From Deltaproteobacteria bacterium (GTDB lineage Bacteria > Myxococcota_A > UBA9160 > SZUA-336), in assembly GCA_031396695.1 (NCBI GenBank), contig JANNLG010000091.1, positions 3,632 through 67,631 of the forward strand: a DNA stretch of 64,000 nucleotides. The letters are read 5' to 3'. This document shows, piece after piece, positions 62,578 to 64,000 of this stretch; within the stretch, counting starts at the first letter, position 1, and each line of letters begins with the position of its first letter. Below the pieces are notes generated by a model, which searched no databases, was not told where the DNA came from, and was given only the letters and a program-made list of their open reading frames with translations. Made by a program: the position numbers and the translations under genes.

Positions 62578-63999
62578 TCAGCTCCCGGCGGCCTTCGTGA
62601 CCAGGCGAGTGGTCGAGCGGCCCTCGACCAGCGGGACGAGCTCGACTCGGCCGCCCCATTTTTGGACGACGTCCCAGCCGACCACGTCGCGCTTGGTCTT
62701 GTAGTCGGCGCCCTTGGTGAGCACGTCGGGGCGGAGCGCGCGAATCAGTTGGAGCGGCGTCTCCTCATCGAACAGCACCACCGCGTCGACACATTCCAGT
62801 GACGCCAGAATCTGCGCGCGGTCGTGCTCGCTCTGCAGCGGCCGGCCCGCTCCCTTCAGCCGGCGCACCGATGCGTCCGTGTTCACGCCCACGATCAGCG
62901 CTTCGCCGAGCGCGCGCGAGCGCTCGAGATAGCGCACGTGACCGAGGTGCAGGATGTCGAAGCAGCCGTTGGTGAACACGACCGAGCGGCCCTGCGCGCG
63001 CAGGCGCGCGGCCAGCTCGGCCGCTTGCGCGCGGGTCGCGACTTTCTCGTGCGAGCGCGCGCTCTTCGCGCCGAGCTCGGCCAGGATTTCCTGACCCGAA
63101 ACCGTGGCGGCGCCGAACTTCCCGACCTTCACGCCCGCCGCGATGTTCGCGAGCCAGGCGGCCTCGGCGATCTCGGCGCCCGCAGCGAGCGCGAGCGCGA
63201 CGGCGGCCGCGACCACGTCGCCCGCGCCGGTCACGTCCATCAGTTCGCGCGGGCGCGCGGAGATCTCGAGCAGCTCACCTCCGCGCGAGCCGAGCAACAT
63301 GCCCGCCTGTCCGCGCGTGACGAGCGCGTGCGCGACGTCGAGCTCTTTGGTCATGCGCAACGCCGCCGCCGCCACGTCGTCGACATTCGCGAGTCGAACG
63401 CCGGCGAACGCAGCCGCTTCGCGCAGATTCGGTTTGATCACGGTCGCGCCGCGGTAGACCTCCCACGGCAAGCCCTTCGGATCGACCACCACGGGTTTGC
63501 CGCCAGCGGCCGCGATGGCGGCGCGACAGACAGCGGGCGTGAGCACGCCCTTGGCGTAGTCGGACAGGATCAGCGCGTCCGCCTTGCGCACCGCGGCGAC
63601 GACGCGCGCGCACAGGCGCTTCTCGAGCGCGGGCGAGAGGCTCGCGATGGTCTCGCGGTCGAGCCGGATCACCTGCTGGCGGCGCGCGACGATGCGCGTC
63701 TTGCGCGTGGTGACCCGTTCCCGGTCGGCGAGAATTCCCGGCGACGGAATGCCGAGGCTCTCGGCCTCGCCGCGGAACAGCGCGCCGTCTGCGTCCTCGC
63801 CGATCGCCGTGCACAGGCTCGCGCGCGCGCCGAGCGCGACGAGCGACTTGGCGACGTTCGCCGCGCCGCCGAGCATGAACTCCTCGCGCTCGACCGCGAG
63901 CACCGGCACCGGTGCCTCGGGCGAGATCCGCTCGACCTCGCCGATCACGTAGGCGTCGAGCGTCGCGTCGCCGACCACGACCACGCGCCGACCGACCAT
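62578..63999 (-). CDS. hldE: Bifunctional D-glycero-beta-D-manno-heptose-7-phosphate kinase / heptose-1-phosphate adenylyltransferase
   Basis: 473 aa. N-terminal ribokinase-like domain (VVVGDATLDAYV...ISPEAPVPV, DVTGAGD) and C-terminal cytidylyltransferase domain (VFTNGCFDILHLGHVRYL). Confidence 0.9.
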   Translation of the reverse strand: MVGRRVVVVGDATLDAYVIGEVERISPEAPVPVLAVEREEFMLGGAANVAKSLVALGARASLCTAIGEDADGALFRGEAESLGIPSPGILADRERVTTRKTRIVARRQQVIRLDRETIASLSPALEKRLCARVVAAVRKADALILSDYAKGVLTPAVCRAAIAAAGGKPVVVDPKGLPWEVYRGATVIKPNLREAAAFAGVRLANVDDVAAAALRMTKELDVAHALVTRGQAGMLLGSRGGELLEISARPRELMDVTGAGDVVAAAVALALAAGAEIAEAAWLANIAAGVKVGKFGAATVSGQEILAELGAKSARSHEKVATRAQAAELAARLRAQGRSVVFTNGCFDILHLGHVRYLERSRALGEALIVGVNTDASVRRLKGAGRPLQSEHDRAQILASLECVDAVVLFDEETPLQLIRALRPDVLTKGADYKTKRDVVGWDVVQKWGGRVELVPLVEGRSTTRLVTKAAGS

Positions 64000-64000
64000 C

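Overview
GC-rich, gene-dense bacterial chromosomal segment with strong GC3 bias. I call about 60 protein genes and see no rRNA, tRNA, CRISPR array or IS element. Gram-negative hallmarks are present: an outer-membrane beta-barrel protein, RND and MacB-type efflux systems, HldE for LPS heptose, and an ArnT/ArnC-like lipid-carrier glycosylation cluster. Many long ORFs in the track are antisense or out-of-frame shadows (Arg/Ala/Pro-rich), and several real genes start at internal codons marked by an RBS or by ATGA/GTGA stop-start overlaps. The most interesting part is the left half (about 0.8-31 kb). Five perfect copies of the 16-bp palindrome TATGAC-N4-GTCATA, all in promoter gaps, tie it together next to a Crp/Fnr-family regulator that has no FNR-type Cys cluster. 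The putative regulon has five parts. (1) An acyl-CoA dehydrogenase / nitroreductase / SCP2-type thiolase / acyl-CoA ligase / HemN operon. (2) A hemerythrin-like gene. (3) A co-directional block: a large nitroreductase-like protein, a degenerate heme-copper-oxidase (HCO) subunit I paralog, an HCO with a CuA subunit II whose subunit I lacks the canonical cross-link tyrosine, SenC/SCO1, an unusual cytochrome b + 2x[4Fe-4S] + MvhD-like fusion, and a heme O synthase-DUF420 fusion. (4) An LLM oxidoreductase and an RND pump. (5) A Tat-exported type II DMSO-reductase-family enzyme encoded in the unusual order gamma-beta-alpha-delta, with a signal-less gamma subunit and a divergent b-type cytochrome. 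I regard the HCO / cytochrome-b-FeS module and its palindrome regulon as the best candidate for an undescribed respiratory or NO/low-oxygen system. The right half carries a PhyH/TylF/2OG-oxygenase mini-cluster (one PhyH gene is frameshifted), a YqjD/E/K-like module, an amidase, an Hsp70-like protein, a divergent SelO-like protein, ABC/MacB-type and ABC-2 exporters, TerC, a CPA2-EIIA antiporter, citrate synthase translationally coupled to a SET-domain protein opposite a sirtuin, envelope glycosylation genes, UppP, a TetR-controlled ABC exporter, and HldE.
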